Positions 23,483 through 35,987 of a stretch of 46,024 bases of DNA are shown piece by piece. Within the stretch, counting starts at the first letter, position 1. Every line of letters begins with the position of its first letter. The notes under the pieces are model-generated. The model was not told the DNA's origin and did no database searches. It saw only the letters and a list, made by a program, of their open reading frames with translations. The DNA is from Asterionella formosa (lineage: Eukaryota), in the NCBI GenBank assembly GCA_002256025.1, contig NKIB01014216.1, positions 1 through 46,024 on the forward strand. The letters run 5' to 3'. The translations under genes were made by a program, and so were the position numbers.

Positions 23483-24733
23483 ATGTCGGAATCCGAAGCA
23501 AGTTTTCGAGATGTAGACTATCCCTCCAAAGAGGAACTGGCGATTCAACCAAAAGGCTCCAAACGTAGGTGAATTACAGTTTATGACCGACCTTGTCGCT
23601 GCGCCGTTTTTGTCACCTTCATTCCGAGTCCTTCCTCACGCCAATCCCGTACTCCTTACTACAACAGCGGAATCGGCACTGAAGAGTTTCCTCTCTGGTG
23701 GTGTTGGAGGTAAGTGATCTTTCTTGCGCGCCACACTCAACGTAAGAAGATCTTGTGTACTTGCTATTTACATTTTCGGTCCCCTCATACATTCACGCTT
23801 CTCCTCGACATTAGGGCTGTGTGTCGTATTGGTGGGCCACCCCTTTGATCTCATCAAGGTTCGCATGCAAACTGGGGCCACTGCGGGTACAGCTTCTGTG
23901 TTTGGTATTCTCGCCTCTACCTTTCGCATGGAAGGGATCCGTGGTCTATACCGTGGAGTGTCAGCGCCCATCACAGCAGTGTCGCCTTTATTTGCTGTTT
24001 CCTTTTGGGGATACGATATGGGCAAGCGGGTGATTTCTGCGTGTCAAGAGTTTTTCACTGGGGCTCCAGTGCAGACATTCACAATTGTAAGTCGACATGG
24101 GGTTCATGATAAGTAATATTGCAAAGAAGAACATTTGGCTCACAAACGACTATTACAAAGCCGCAAGTTTGCGTCGCTGGGGGATTGTCCGCCATTCCAA
24201 CCACTCTTTTAATGGCTCCTTCCGAACGCGTCAAGTGTTTGCTGCAAGTTCAAGAGTCAGCTGTAAAACCAAAGTACAATGGAATGATGGATTGTGCCGT
24301 ACAATTATTTAGGGAAGGCGGTGTCAGGAGTGTCTTCAAGGGAACAGGTGCCACTTTACTGCGAGATTTTCCTGGATCAGTGGCATGGTTTGGAGTTTAC
24401 GAATTGTCAAAAAGAGAATTGATGCTACTCCAAGGGATTGACCCAGCAACTGGAGCCTTGTCACCATTGGCTATTTTGTGTGCTGGGGGCCTGGGAGGAA
24501 TGGCATGTTGGACTGTGTCTATTCCAGCGGACGTTTTGAAATCAAGGTTTCAAACAGCACCCGAGGGGAAGTATCGAGGTTTGATGGATGTGTATCGCGA
24601 GTTGGTGGCCAAAGAGGGGTTAGGTGCACTCTTTACGGGAATTCGACCGGCATTGATTAGAGCTTTTCCAGCAAATGCGGCTTGCTTCTTTGGAATGGAA
24701 GTTTCGAAAAAAATGTTGGCATTTATGGACTAG
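23483..24733 (+). CDS. SLC25A20: Mitochondrial carnitine/acylcarnitine carrier (SLC25 family), 322 aa, join(23483..23564,23668..23709,23815..24086,24161..24733)
   Basis: Three GT-AG introns give a continuous frame with KSFLSGGVGG, GHPFDLIKVR, PSERVKC, PADVLKSR and the CACT signature RAFPANAA. Confidence 0.9.
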
Positions 24734-25075
24734 AAAAAATAGTCACATGACATGTGCGCGCTCTGTAGGGCATTATCTCGTACTCCACTACTTTGTCAAC
24801 TTTAAAGGTACGCTTCGAATGCCATTGCTAGCCATGGTTGAAGCTCGTAGTAGTCCCCGTGTCAATTCAATAGTAGAAACTAACTAAGTCTCAGAAAAAA
24901 ATAAAAAGGTCCATAAATGAAATATCATAGAACTAACAAGTATTTATGCCTCGCACTCCTTGAGGTTACATTTTAGCGGGCCCACGATGTTTGAATTGAG
25001 TTATAAGCCCTAAACGATGGATGAAAAAATTGCACTGTATTCGTCTGGGTGACTGGATTGCAGGGGGAAGGGCTT

Positions 25076-27430
25076 CTAAAAGTAAAAGTACCCTTTGAAT
25101 GCCATTATGGTGTGCAGTGGACTCTTTGCTATTCTACTTCGCGCCTCGTCGCCTTGCGACTTTGGGCCCTTCGCTAGGTTGGCTACAGCATTTCGCATAC
25201 TTGCCACAGTTACGTTGGCAAGTCTTTTCACGGTTGCCAAAAATGTCGACTGGGGTAATTCGCATATTGAAACGAAGAAGGCATTTTGCTCCATTTGATT
25301 CATATGGTTGCCTTGGACATGGTTGCTACCAGCACTTTGCCGTTGCATGTCATCACGACGGGTCCAATGAATACAGCTTCTTCCTGTCTTGAGTTGAAAT
25401 GCATTGTTGGTAGTCGTGTTTTCAATGCTGAAAATGTATATCTTTTTCGATTTGGTGAAATCGTTGAAGCCACAGGAGGCATCATTAATGAACTGTTCAG
25501 TCCTCGTTCCCGGATGCGGTTTTGTCATGATTCTGCTGATAAGCACGAATTTGTTGGTGCACTTGCTCCTTCCTCGCTGACTTTGCCATTAGGATTTGAT
25601 CAGGAAACATAGTATCCCTGCTCTCGACACTGCTGTCATCCAGAACAACCTTTGGCTGTTTCACTAGCTCTGTTGGAAAGACTGACCTGGGTGAAACCAT
25701 CGACAAGAAAGGGCTGTTTGCCACAGTTTGCCTATGTCTTTGACCTATATTCAATGCATTTATCATGTGAGACTGATCTGGTAGGGGAGTATCATTGCCA
25801 ACACTTCTGTTACTGGACATTAATGACTGTAATTGGGTTTGTTCCCTTGGCTCATCCCATAATGGTATTTGGGATTCAACTACCAGTAGGGCAGACAGAG
25901 GCACTCGGGCTAGCATGATTTTGTCTGCGGAATTGTTCCTTCTTTGCTGCCTTCGCCATGAGGCTGATCTGGAAATGGAGTATCCCTGCTCTTGACACTA
26001 CTGTCATCCTGAGCTAAATTTGGTTGGTTAAAGGGCTCTGCTGACAAGGCAGGCCTAAAGGATGCCACTTCAGAACCTTGCTGAGCGCCATTATTTTATC
26101 TGCGCACTTGTTCTTTCTTCGCTGCCTTTGCCATAAGTCTTGGATCTGGAAATGAAGTATCTCTACTCTAGACACTACTGTCATCCTGAACAGAATTTGG
26201 ATGCTTGAAGTGCCCTGTGGCAATGAGGGCCTAATCAATGTCATGTCATAACCTTGCTGGGCGACACGATTCCCTCTGCTCACTTGTTCCTTCTTTGCTG
26301 CCTTCACCATGAGGCCCTGATCAGAGAACGGTGTATCTCTGCTCTCAACAATACTGTCATCCTGAGACAAAGTTGGCTGGTTTGAGGGCACTACTGGCAA
26401 GTCAGGCCAAGACGATGCGTTACCAGAGCCTTGCTGAGTTGCACGATTTTGTCTGCAGACTTTTTTCTTTGGCATTGCATTTGCCATTAGGCTCAAATCT
26501 GAAAATGAAGTATCCCTGTTGGCGACAACATTTTTATGAAGAGAAAACATACAGTTTAACGGTTCCTCTAGAGGAACAGTCACTATGCTGCTTTCCTAGT
26601 TGCTCGATGAGCGGCAAGAGTCCTTGGAATGTGTGCTTGGTCCTTTGTCTCTACCAATCCCATGATAACCTGATCCGGAGAAGTTTTGTCAATTCTCTGC
26701 ATGATTCTGCCATCAAAAAACAATGGCGAGAAATTCCGGGGTGGAATGGTGGGGGGTTCAGATGTTCTCCTTACGGGAGATGGGGTCTTGAAGGCCACCC
26801 TGTTGTACCTTTTCTGTGGCCTTTGCCTCCGATGGTTGATCCGGATTTGTCGTTCAAATCTTCTCTTGCAGTCAAAGCAGTTTTGATCAGCTGATGGGAT
26901 AGGCGAGCATGTAACCCTAGCTAGATGCTGTAATGATAGAAGTTCCCTCAGTATTGAGACAAATAACTTATTCTCAGTCATTGGACGCTTTCCCCAACAT
27001 GGAAGATTGCCCTTGATTTGGAGTGTCCTTGCTACCAACCGCTCCCTTAGAAGAAGTTTGCTTGCCTGCCAATGTCCAAAATGCATCCCCAACTGATGTT
27101 CGAATTTGGCTCGCTTTTCTCTATGCTCTCCATATCTCGCCATTGACTTTGCCACGAGCTGCTCATCTGGAACCGGCTTATCCATGCTTTCAAAACTATG
27201 ATTAAATTCATAAATTGGGGCTAGTTTTTTGCAATGATTGGCTCCAAATGTGATCTGTTCATCTTTTGAGAAATCCTGCTATAAGTTATCTTTCGGGTGT
27301 GTCCATTGTACTTTCTCCCTAACTTTTCCATGAAAGGCTGATGTGAAAAAAAAGTCTCCATTCTTTTCCAATTTCTCTTGTCGTCGCGATTAAACGACTT
27401 TGGGTTTGCGATACGTTTGGTCTCCAGAAG
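25076..27430 (-). pseudogene. Multiply frameshifted gene of unknown function containing ~59 aa repeats
   Basis: A chain of minus-strand ORF pieces in shifting frames, with the recurring peptide DDSSVESRDT.FPDQ.LMAK.A.KEQV. Confidence 0.6.
25540..26535 (-). repeat. Degenerate tandem repeat, ~177 bp unit, about 6 copies
   Basis: GTATC(C/T)CT(G/A)CTCT...ACT(A/G)CTGTCATCC-type anchors near 25612, 25980, 26157 and 26333, with more diverged copies near 25789 and 26510. Confidence 0.8.
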
Positions 27431-27441
27431 CGATACTGGTA

Positions 27442-27543
27442 CCAGCAAGTTGCGGTCATTTTGCTCAAACTAACATTTTAATCTACGATTAAAAAAGCTA
27501 AATCTTTAGTTGTTTTTTCAGCAAAATTACCGCAACTTGCAGG
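27442..27543. mobile_element. MITE family A, copy 3 (102 bp, most intact, TA target-site duplication)
   Basis: TA|CCAGCAAGTTGCGGTCATTTTGCT...AGCAAAATTACCGCAACTTGCAGG|TA. Confidence 0.8.
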
Positions 27544-29585
27544 TACTAGGGTATACATTTGGTCAAGAAATTGTTTATCAATTACTTGTAGTCGAAATCG
27601 CCATTGAAGCTACAATGTAAAGCATTAGTGTTACGCTAACAATATATTTCTTAATGAAATCGTAGATGTAATTATCATTATGGCTTATGTTGGTTCTTGG
27701 CAGTGAGATCTTCTGGCACCATTGTGCTTGTTGTTTGTTGAGGGTATTTGACCACCAAATTCTGTGATCGGTGCTGTTGTAATGTATTACCGGTAGTCTT
27801 TCATAAAATCGCCCTTGGCAAAAAAGAGTTTTATTTTTCCTTTAGTATTTATTCCAGTATTAATTTTCATTTTAGAAAGTAGTCCTAGCAAAATTGTACT
27901 GCCCAGCAAAATTTAAATTGTTTGTATGTACCACACCAGGTTGTTGATTCCTTCTTCCCATCCATATTGAGAGCAATAGGTTTATCATTAGATTTTCGTT
28001 GTTCTAGGATTGTCAATGCATTCAGCAAACATATAGTAAGACCGATCATTCAATCCTGTGACTGAACATTTGTTAAGTTCAATTTTAGGCTGTAGTAGAG
28101 AAGGCAATAATAATCTTTCAATGCTCAACAATTTCCATTAGCTCCTAGTAGTCTCTGCCATCTAATCTAATGCCTGCATTGAAGTGCATACTCGCTAGTC
28201 ATTGAGAGACCCATGCTGGAGGGTGATACAATGCTAAAAGAGAGACCACCCCCATTATTTATGAGCATGCCTGTTCCACTACTACTAGCTTCAAAACTGT
28301 GACAGCTATCAAAAATAGTTAACCATGATTGAGGGTGAATGTCACCCTGATTCCGGTTCAGTCCACAATAAGTTATCCAATTCTGTCCAATTCTAGACTT
28401 GAATTCCTTGAAGAAATTAAGTCATGTTCTCAATTCCTATGGGGGTCCGCCCCCTAGAGTCAAAGTATAACTACTTTTTGAGAAGGTAATTTTGACCAAT
28501 GACTATTATTTCAGGCAGTATCCCAACAACTAGTGTGTAGCTAGTTTTCGAAAAATGAAGGAGGGTGCCCATCAACCTTCAATTGAATCAGACCAAACCA
28601 TAAAACTGACAGAAGTTCTGGAAACCAGTTCCATACAGTAGTGAACTTCCGCCTGATGAAGTATACTAAGTGCCACTGTGGGAGTCCACTCCTACTACCT
28701 GGTACTTGGTACCGGTACGACATACATATTATGTACCAGGGGTATGTATCCAAATATCATTAGGAACAAATAGTTTCAAAACCTGGAAAACTACTTTTGA
28801 CTGCAATATTCATGTGTCAAGAATATAGCATCAATGACTATAATGAGTGACAAGGACTGTGAACTCAACTATGGTCCAATGAGTCAAATGGTGCGTTCCC
28901 ATGTCAAGAAGCTTGCAAACAAGATTGATGTCTTCGATCAATCAGAAGAAGGTTTACATCAACGAAAAGGGAAAACGAAGAACAGGTTCTCGAATTCGAA
29001 GTGTGATGAATTTGATTGAAACATTAGTTTTAGTTTAAGCTTATAATTAAGAAACAATGAGAATTGACAGAGTAAGGTCAAAAGCGAAAACTAGGACGAA
29101 GGCTAGCAGCAGAAAAAAGGTAACAATACTACCGTTCGTCGTACAACAGGTAAGACCTACGTAAGAGGATTCCCATCAGAAGGGAAGGAGTACGATACCT
29201 TTCAACATTCATGTACTCCTATCATTCATGCATGGATATGGCAAACGTTGTAGACCCAAAAATACCGTTACAGAAGCACGCCCATCGTCTTTATTTTTTT
29301 TTATAACATTCTTTCTAGTTTCGAAACCTGTACAAATAGTGATAGTGCACGGTTCGGAACGGAAACGAGCCAGCTCAGATGTTGTAAATGATGTGCCATG
29401 CATACATAGATCATGAATCTTTTGTACCCCTGCTACTGGTACAGTCTCATAGTATAACTGAAATTTGCGGCATGTCGTTACCGGTAAGAAAGTCAACCGC
29501 ACACTGGCAAGATTTCTTCCATACTAACTAGTTAGTGTATATCTAAGAAATTATGTATGTACAGTCACCGGTAAGCACGACTATT

Positions 29586-29890
29586 GGTACCGGTACCTTT
29601 CCATGTACTCCATCCTACATACCAGATACTCCATACCTGGTACAGTACCAGGTACTGGTAACAACCTCGGCCGTATTATGCAAGCAGAATTCGGACCATA
29701 ACGGTCGGCATCACCAGATAACTATGGGCTCCGTACCAGGGATTATCACTGTGATTTACTGGATGCCCACTGGCAAGGAAACCTGCCTGGCAGAAGATTT
29801 ACGTATGCGACATCCAATCAACAGACGACCCTGGTACCTGGTACCAGTACGAGGTACCCTGGCATAGGTTGTATCGGGTACCTGGTAGTA
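29586..29890. repeat. Cluster of TACC(W)GGTA motifs upstream of the MATE gene
   Basis: GGTACCGGTACC (29586), TACCTGGTACAGTACCAGGTACTGGTA (29634), CTGGTACCTGGTACCAGTAC (29831) and GGTACCTGGTA (29877). Confidence 0.85.
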
Positions 29891-30164
29891 TGACCAATAG
29901 TAAGAGTAGGTAAAATACAGCGAGACCGGTACGGTAATTACCTTTGACATTCAGCCAAGGCGAGTCTCCTCCATACATAACCAACTCGTTTCTTTCTCCG
30001 CATAAAATGTTGCAGATGTGTTCCACCTTGCAGGAGAGCTGCGAAAATGGAAATATCCGCTCCATCCGTGGCCAGCATTGCAATCGCCATTCCTCATTTA
30101 CCAACCTCCAGAGTTTCGAGCCACGGTTAATAATTTGTCAGAGGCACTCTGTTGAGTTCACAAC

Positions 30165-32500
30165 ATGAGTGGCGACGATGACTATTACGCATATCCGAAA
30201 GATGACATCGGCGGAGTCTTGGATTTCAATGGTTACCAGCCAAATACGACAGATCCGGGACTACTTCTTTTCCTTGTAACAACGTCTACCGTTGTTCTAC
30301 TCATGGCTATTTTTGTGCCGTGCATGGTGGTCCGCAGAAAGATTTCGCGAAAGAGGCAGAAGGCATCGCAATTGGATCGCGCGACAGTAGTGAATCGATG
30401 CGAAGATGCTTCGGTCACCGAGAATGACGAAGGTAAGAGAACGTCAACAGAAGATTCAAAGGCAGATGACAACCTATACGTGCAACTCGAAGAACAACCT
30501 GCAAGTCCAGATGCTCCCAAATCAAAGTCAGATCGCACCACATGGGAGAATCTTAGACGGAAATTCATATCTTCCATCAAGTCCATTGTGCAATTGGATA
30601 AGGAATCGAGGAGCATCCTTCGGTATGCCGGTCCGTTCACCTTTTACGCCATCGCAGCATCCGTCTTGTCCAACGTGATCCTGGCCCTAATTTCGTGGTA
30701 CATTGGGACGAAGGAAGTGGTCGCTTATGCAGTTGTAAGCATCTTGGTATCACTATCAGAGGATTTTCTGAAAGGTCCATTGTATGCCAACACTAATCTG
30801 ATTGCTCGCGCAATTGCGGTCAATAACCATTTCCTGGCGGGTCAATATGTTCAACTGTCGTTGTGGTTATATTTGATGGTTGGAGGTCCCTTTCTTGTGT
30901 TTTGGTACTGTTTCACGTACGAAATTGTTCTTTTCTTGACAACCGGAGACGAGAAGGTGGCGGGATTCGCCCAAGGCTTCGTCAAGATTTATATTTGGAG
31001 TTATGTGACCGACTCCATCCATCAAGCCATCGGGCAACTCTTGGATGTTACGGGTCACGAAATCTTCACGACATCCATTGACTTTTCGAAAAGTATGACA
31101 AATGTGTTAACCATGGTATACTGGATTGAATCCAACACCAACATCAATCTGAACTCTATCGCGTGGATGTACTTGGGCTCATCCTTTTTCTATTTGGTTG
31201 TATCTAGCACTGTTGCAGTCACCATGGGGTGGCTGAAGCCCTTCATGAAAGGCATGGTCAAGAACCCTGCTATTATGAATGAAATGGCAATACAGAACCT
31301 GCTAAAGACGACAATTCCACTTGCTTTTGGTTCCGTTGTTAGCAATGCAGAATGGGCTGTCCTAACCATATTGGCTGGATATTTGGGTCCTGCAGAAGTT
31401 TCTGCTTGGGCTATATTAGCAACCATTTGGATGTTTTTTGGTTCGCTAACCAAGGGCATTGGCGATGCTGCCGAAACTCGTATTGCTTACCGTGAGTTTC
31501 GTACCTACTTTGTTGATGGGATGGAGTGTTTGTATCATGGTCACTTACCCCGTGTTCGTATCCAGATCTCGGCAACAACCACCCTTCGCTTGCCAAACTA
31601 TCGGCTTACAAGTCCCTTTACTTGGGAATGTTTGGATCTAGTATGGTTAGCATCGTATTCTTCGCGATTATCGATCGCATTCCATCTTGGTTCACTCCTG
31701 ACGCGACCTTACAAGGAATGATTGGATCGACATTGCCGTACATAGGTGTTGGGAATATTGCCTTAACTTTTGGATACTTATGTTGGTATTTGGTGGGTGC
31801 CCAAGGACGTTATAAGCTCGGCACTTTGATGAACTTTTTTGCTAATTGGTGCGTGACTATGCCTCTGGCAGCGACTTTCACGTTTGCGTGGAATTTTGAT
31901 CTTCAAGGTTTGACCTCTGCTGTCGTACTTGGATACGTCGGACTTGGGGCCTCGCTCTCATACATTTTGCTCACTTCGGACTGGGATGCACGAGCTGCCA
32001 AAGTACAAAAACGTAAACTTGCTGCAGCGTTGGCCGATACAAGAGACGGTGTAACAACCAGTCCGGAGGAAGATGAGGAAGCCAATGAAGAACTTTATGC
32101 AGTTTTGGCTGGAGGGCGATCACGAGCAGCTCGAGCTACAACCAAGAGAAACATTAGGCTGTTCACCGCTCCACCTGGTATGCTAGGAATCCAGATTGGA
32201 ACCTTATCCCACCGCAGTGGGGTCATGGTGACAAAGGTCATGCCTACCAGTCCATTCTTCGGTCGTGTTTTTGTGGGCGACATCATTCTTTCAGTCGATG
32301 GATATATTGTTGCAAAGAATTCGCCCGCATCGTCAGTACACGATATTGTGATGCTACGACAAGATACCGATCGAGAGTTAACCATATTAACAACTCCAGG
32401 GCATTGCCGTTACGAAGATTCCAATCACGTTCTTCTTGTTGGGGAAACCCCTGACATTGATGATTTTGAGAGCTTTGATCTTGGAGGCCTTTTGTCGTGA
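30165..32500 (+). CDS. MATE family transporter with an extra N-terminal TM segment and a C-terminal PDZ-like domain, 753 aa, join(30165..31491,31566..32500)
   Basis: Multi-TM MATE fold with IPLAFGSVVSNAEW, GIGDAAETRIAYHLGNNHP (restored by a 74 nt intron, GTGAGT...CCAG) and AQGRYKLG. The tail reads APPGMLGIQI...VTKVMPTSPFFGRVFVGDIILSVDG. Confidence 0.88.
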
Positions 32501-32921
32501 ATGTCCCGATTCGTGGTTGCTCGATCACTGCGACATACATGAACATATAATATGTTTCTTCTTTACTCTACCATCCCAGTCATGCATGAAGTCCGCTATT
32601 AGATGGACAGTTCCAAATATATTGCCAGATAATTTTCACAGAGTGAGATTGTTTGATTGTACTCGTGCACACTTTTTCCAGCAGAAGTACCCTTAAGTCA
32701 TTATATTAGTTGGTGATTATAGAATCATTTTAAAAATATGTCCCATCCCCTGGATTTACTTCCTATAAATTGATCATCACCCCCCTACACAAGTTCCGAG
32801 GACCGCCTTGGTTGGCTACCAGCCATAACATATAAAAAAAATAGCTGCATGCTATTCATGCACCAGGGCACCATGTACGTACAGTAGAGTAACGGATGAC
32901 TAAGTTCGCCAGGCAACTTGG

Positions 32922-33122
32922 TTACCGAAGCTTGCTCAGTGAACGGAAACAACTTTTCACTTCGGAGAACTCTTTACCGCAACTCGATTTTTCCAGTGTT
33001 CCTGCTTTCTGATTAATCAGTACACAAGTTGCATATGATTTCATATGTTGTGGGCACGTTTCTTTCATTCGACCAAACATTTTGGTCAACCGATTGGGCT
33101 GCTGGGGCGTTTTCCTCCTCAT
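32922..33122 (-). CDS. Small twin-CX9C mitochondrial intermembrane-space protein, NDUFAF8-like
   Basis: 66 aa with CPQHMKSYATC and CGKEFSEVKSC, both C-x9-C. Confidence 0.7.
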   Translation of the reverse strand: MRRKTPQQPNRLTKMFGRMKETCPQHMKSYATCVLINQKAGTLEKSSCGKEFSEVKSCFRSLSKLR

Positions 33123-33537
33123 GGTGGACGGATGAGAACAAGCCAGTAAATCTGACAGTGAAGAATCTAAGCCCGTAACAAAATAACCAACAGGGTCTTT
33201 CTCGCGCCGCTCGTGTGCATATATTCTGGTGCTATCTAAGGGTCGTTCTTATCATTTTCGATTTAGTATCATATTTTTTGAAAAAGTATCATGCAACGGC
33301 TGCTCGATTTATACCGAAAAAATCCATTCTCCACAAAAATAAAAATAAAATTGTATCATCAAAAAGTATCACGAAAATTCAACGGCTACCGGCTGGCTAC
33401 AAACATGTGATTTTCCTTCCAGACTACCTGTACATAATGGTACCAGGTACCGAACCAGTCCTCAAACCATGCAAGAAATCTACGCGAATTATACATATGG
33501 ACTACTACAGTCAATGGTATTTGCAGAGGTATTTGTT

Positions 33538-33689
33538 GTAGTCACGTGATCATTTTCGTAATCTATTGCCTAGTAAGTGCTGGACGAGTGATAGTAGAAT
33601 GTACCGGTAGTGACATCCAAAGCCATAGTATTTGCACAGCTAGTATATGTCGTAGTCACGTGATCATTTTCGTATTCTATTGACTAGTA
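33538..33689. repeat. 38 bp direct repeat (36/38) containing CACGTG, in a divergent promoter region
   Basis: GTAGTCACGTGATCATTTTCGTA(A/T)TCTATTG(C/A)CTAGTA at 33538 and 33652. Confidence 0.85.
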
Positions 33690-34172
33690 CTTTGTCATTA
33701 ATTCCCGAATATCAGTACCAGGCACTGGTACCTGTAATTAGATACCGGGTATGTCTCTTTGCACATGACTCAATCTGTTCAATTCTCGACTCTGTGGTTG
33801 TCGTTCTTTGGTGTTGTGGCTGAACATTGCCACACACGGCCGCTATAATGATTGTATGGTTCTTCTTTGATGCACACCTTAATAATTTTTGTATATTTTA
33901 TGTAGATGTAAGGAAAAGTACTGCCCTGCAGGCGTATTTTCGGTTATTTTATTAGTGACAACGGAAATGATACCCGCGTGAAAACGTCAGTATCATATAG
34001 CCTACCAAGGATGGTGTCCGGCATAATATATTTCTCAGCATGTTAATACCGGTATTTTATAAACATTTAACAATGATACAAAAATAATGCCAAACAGCAA
34101 ACTTCACAACAAACCTTTCAGCAACTCCAAAAAATAACCCAGACAACCACGTAAGAAACCAAGTGATTGACC

Positions 34173-35987
34173 ATGACAAAAACAACAACAACGAAGCGCG
34201 CATCCAGAGCCATCAATAATTCCAGAGTGCGTCGCGTAAATACTAAGAAGCAAGACGGAAAATCGGAGCCTATGCTGAACGCTGACATTTTCTCGCTCAT
34301 CCTGCCAATGCTTCCACCAAGGGACATGCTCAATCTTGCGTGCTCTTCCAAATGGATGCTTCAGTTATTGAACCGAAGCGATATCCTGCGCTCGGCAGTA
34401 ATGCAAGGTGGATATATACAAGTTAGTATGATGAACTTGATTAAATTACTCAGAAGTCCTTGTAAGATTCACCTTCCATCGTGCTTGAGAATGCTCCGGA
34501 TTGCGTGTGGGCAAACACGAAAACAATGCGAAAACCCTGGTTGCTTTCGCTTGGCTCGTAAAATTGATGTCAATTTCGGCCTTTTCTTTTGCTCTAGTTG
34601 TCTTAGTAAGAAGCGTCTATTCGACCCCAGCATCGGCCTGTGGACGGGTGAGCTAGTTTCTATTGGATCGAAAGGTCTTGCGAGTTTATGGAATGCCAAT
34701 TTCAGCGCCATCGTTATAAACGATCATGTTGCCAAAAAATGGAATAAAAGCATGTCAAAATTTTTAATCTTGGGTAAGCCTGTCATCATTAATGGAGAGC
34801 ACTGTGGACCTTTGGTTACTTTTGAGGAAGCGGCGAGTGCAATGAACAACATCAATAAAACGATCCATCACATTCTCCCGTTGCTTCCATCCAAAGAAAT
34901 GATCGCTTTGCTTTCCTCAACCCTCGAAGAAGCGACATTGGAATATAATAAAATCGAAGTCGAGCAATGGTTTCAGCGCATCGATCGACGTCAAATGAAG
35001 TTGGATGCAAAATACGAGAGAAACAAGAAGATCGTCGACGAAGTTGCAAACATGGTGCACAACCGCTGGAAAAGTGCCGTTCAGCAATGTACGTGGGAGG
35101 CATATGAGAATGACAATGAAACTGATTCTTACGATTCAAATTATGCTTCTACTCAAGGAACCGTTCGAATTAGACTAGAGACGCCCCGATTTCTGTACCG
35201 TATCGTCGCTGAACACATGAACCCTGCAGTGGAAGGAACTACTCCAGTGACTAAGCGCCAATTGAAAGAGATTGTCGAAAATATTAATCGTGACCTAGAT
35301 GAAGTTGAAAATAGTGGCTTTGCAACCCTCTCTTTTCTTTCCAACAACGCGTCTTCAGAGCCGTTTCAATCAGATTTACGAGCGCACTTGTCCCTCATTC
35401 TTCCACGAGCGCTGATATTTACACACTATCATCTTGACGGGGATTGCATAAAGTTCATTCGTTATGGGAAGTATTTCGAAGCCCTATTATGGATGATTTG
35501 GCAAGAATGTGGGGAAGTAAATTACTCTAGGATTGGATCCACTTTAGCGGGGGCGATGATGAAGGCAACGGAAGCATCAACGATCCTAGCGACACAGAAT
35601 CAGCGTAATTTGTTTGTTGCACTATGGGATGATAGTTACGACGCAGATTTGATGCCACCAAAATTGTGCAGGTCGTCAGGTTTTTGGTCCGTTGAAAGGT
35701 GTGAGGCCCACTATTTGAAAGTCAAGGAAGAATTCGAATGCTTGTCGAAGGTTCTCAAACAATATGAGAACAAAAAAGTTGTGAAAACATTTATTTCGAG
35801 AGAGGATCAAGAAACAGCAGGGGAGAACCGCATGTGGATTGCAATAAAGATGAACTCCCTTAATGCTTTATGGTCAGACAGGAGCATCATAAAGCACCTG
35901 CGGACGGGAAACTTTGACTCACTCTTTGTACATCATCACAGTATAGCAACAGGTCGATGGGATAGAAGGCACAATGACAACCGATGA
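34173..35987 (+). CDS. Uncharacterised ~604 aa protein with an F-box-like N-terminal motif and a CxxxxC...CxxC cluster
   Basis: Long intact ORF with LNADIFSLILPMLPPRDMLNLACSSK and CENPGC...CSSC. Confidence 0.7.
   Translation: MTKTTTTKRASRAINNSRVRRVNTKKQDGKSEPMLNADIFSLILPMLPPRDMLNLACSSKWMLQLLNRSDILRSAVMQGGYIQVSMMNLIKLLRSPCKIHLPSCLRMLRIACGQTRKQCENPGCFRLARKIDVNFGLFFCSSCLSKKRLFDPSIGLWTGELVSIGSKGLASLWNANFSAIVINDHVAKKWNKSMSKFLILGKPVIINGEHCGPLVTFEEAASAMNNINKTIHHILPLLPSKEMIALLSSTLEEATLEYNKIEVEQWFQRIDRRQMKLDAKYERNKKIVDEVANMVHNRWKSAVQQCTWEAYENDNETDSYDSNYASTQGTVRIRLETPRFLYRIVAEHMNPAVEGTTPVTKRQLKEIVENINRDLDEVENSGFATLSFLSNNASSEPFQSDLRAHLSLILPRALIFTHYHLDGDCIKFIRYGKYFEALLWMIWQECGEVNYSRIGSTLAGAMMKATEASTILATQNQRNLFVALWDDSYDADLMPPKLCRSSGFWSVERCEAHYLKVKEEFECLSKVLKQYENKKVVKTFISREDQETAGENRMWIAIKMNSLNALWSDRSIIKHLRTGNFDSLFVHHHSIATGRWDRRHNDNR

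Noticed and set aside
25540..26535. CRISPR-like array
   Set aside because: The sequences between the anchors are homologous to each other and encode a repeated peptide. There are no cas genes and the context is eukaryotic.
28330..28460. GC-rich hairpins (AGGGTGA-atg-TCACCCT; GGGGG-tccg-CCCCC followed by TAG) as a Helitron 3' end
   Set aside because: The spacing and the A|T insertion context do not fit, and no matching 5' end or second copy was seen.
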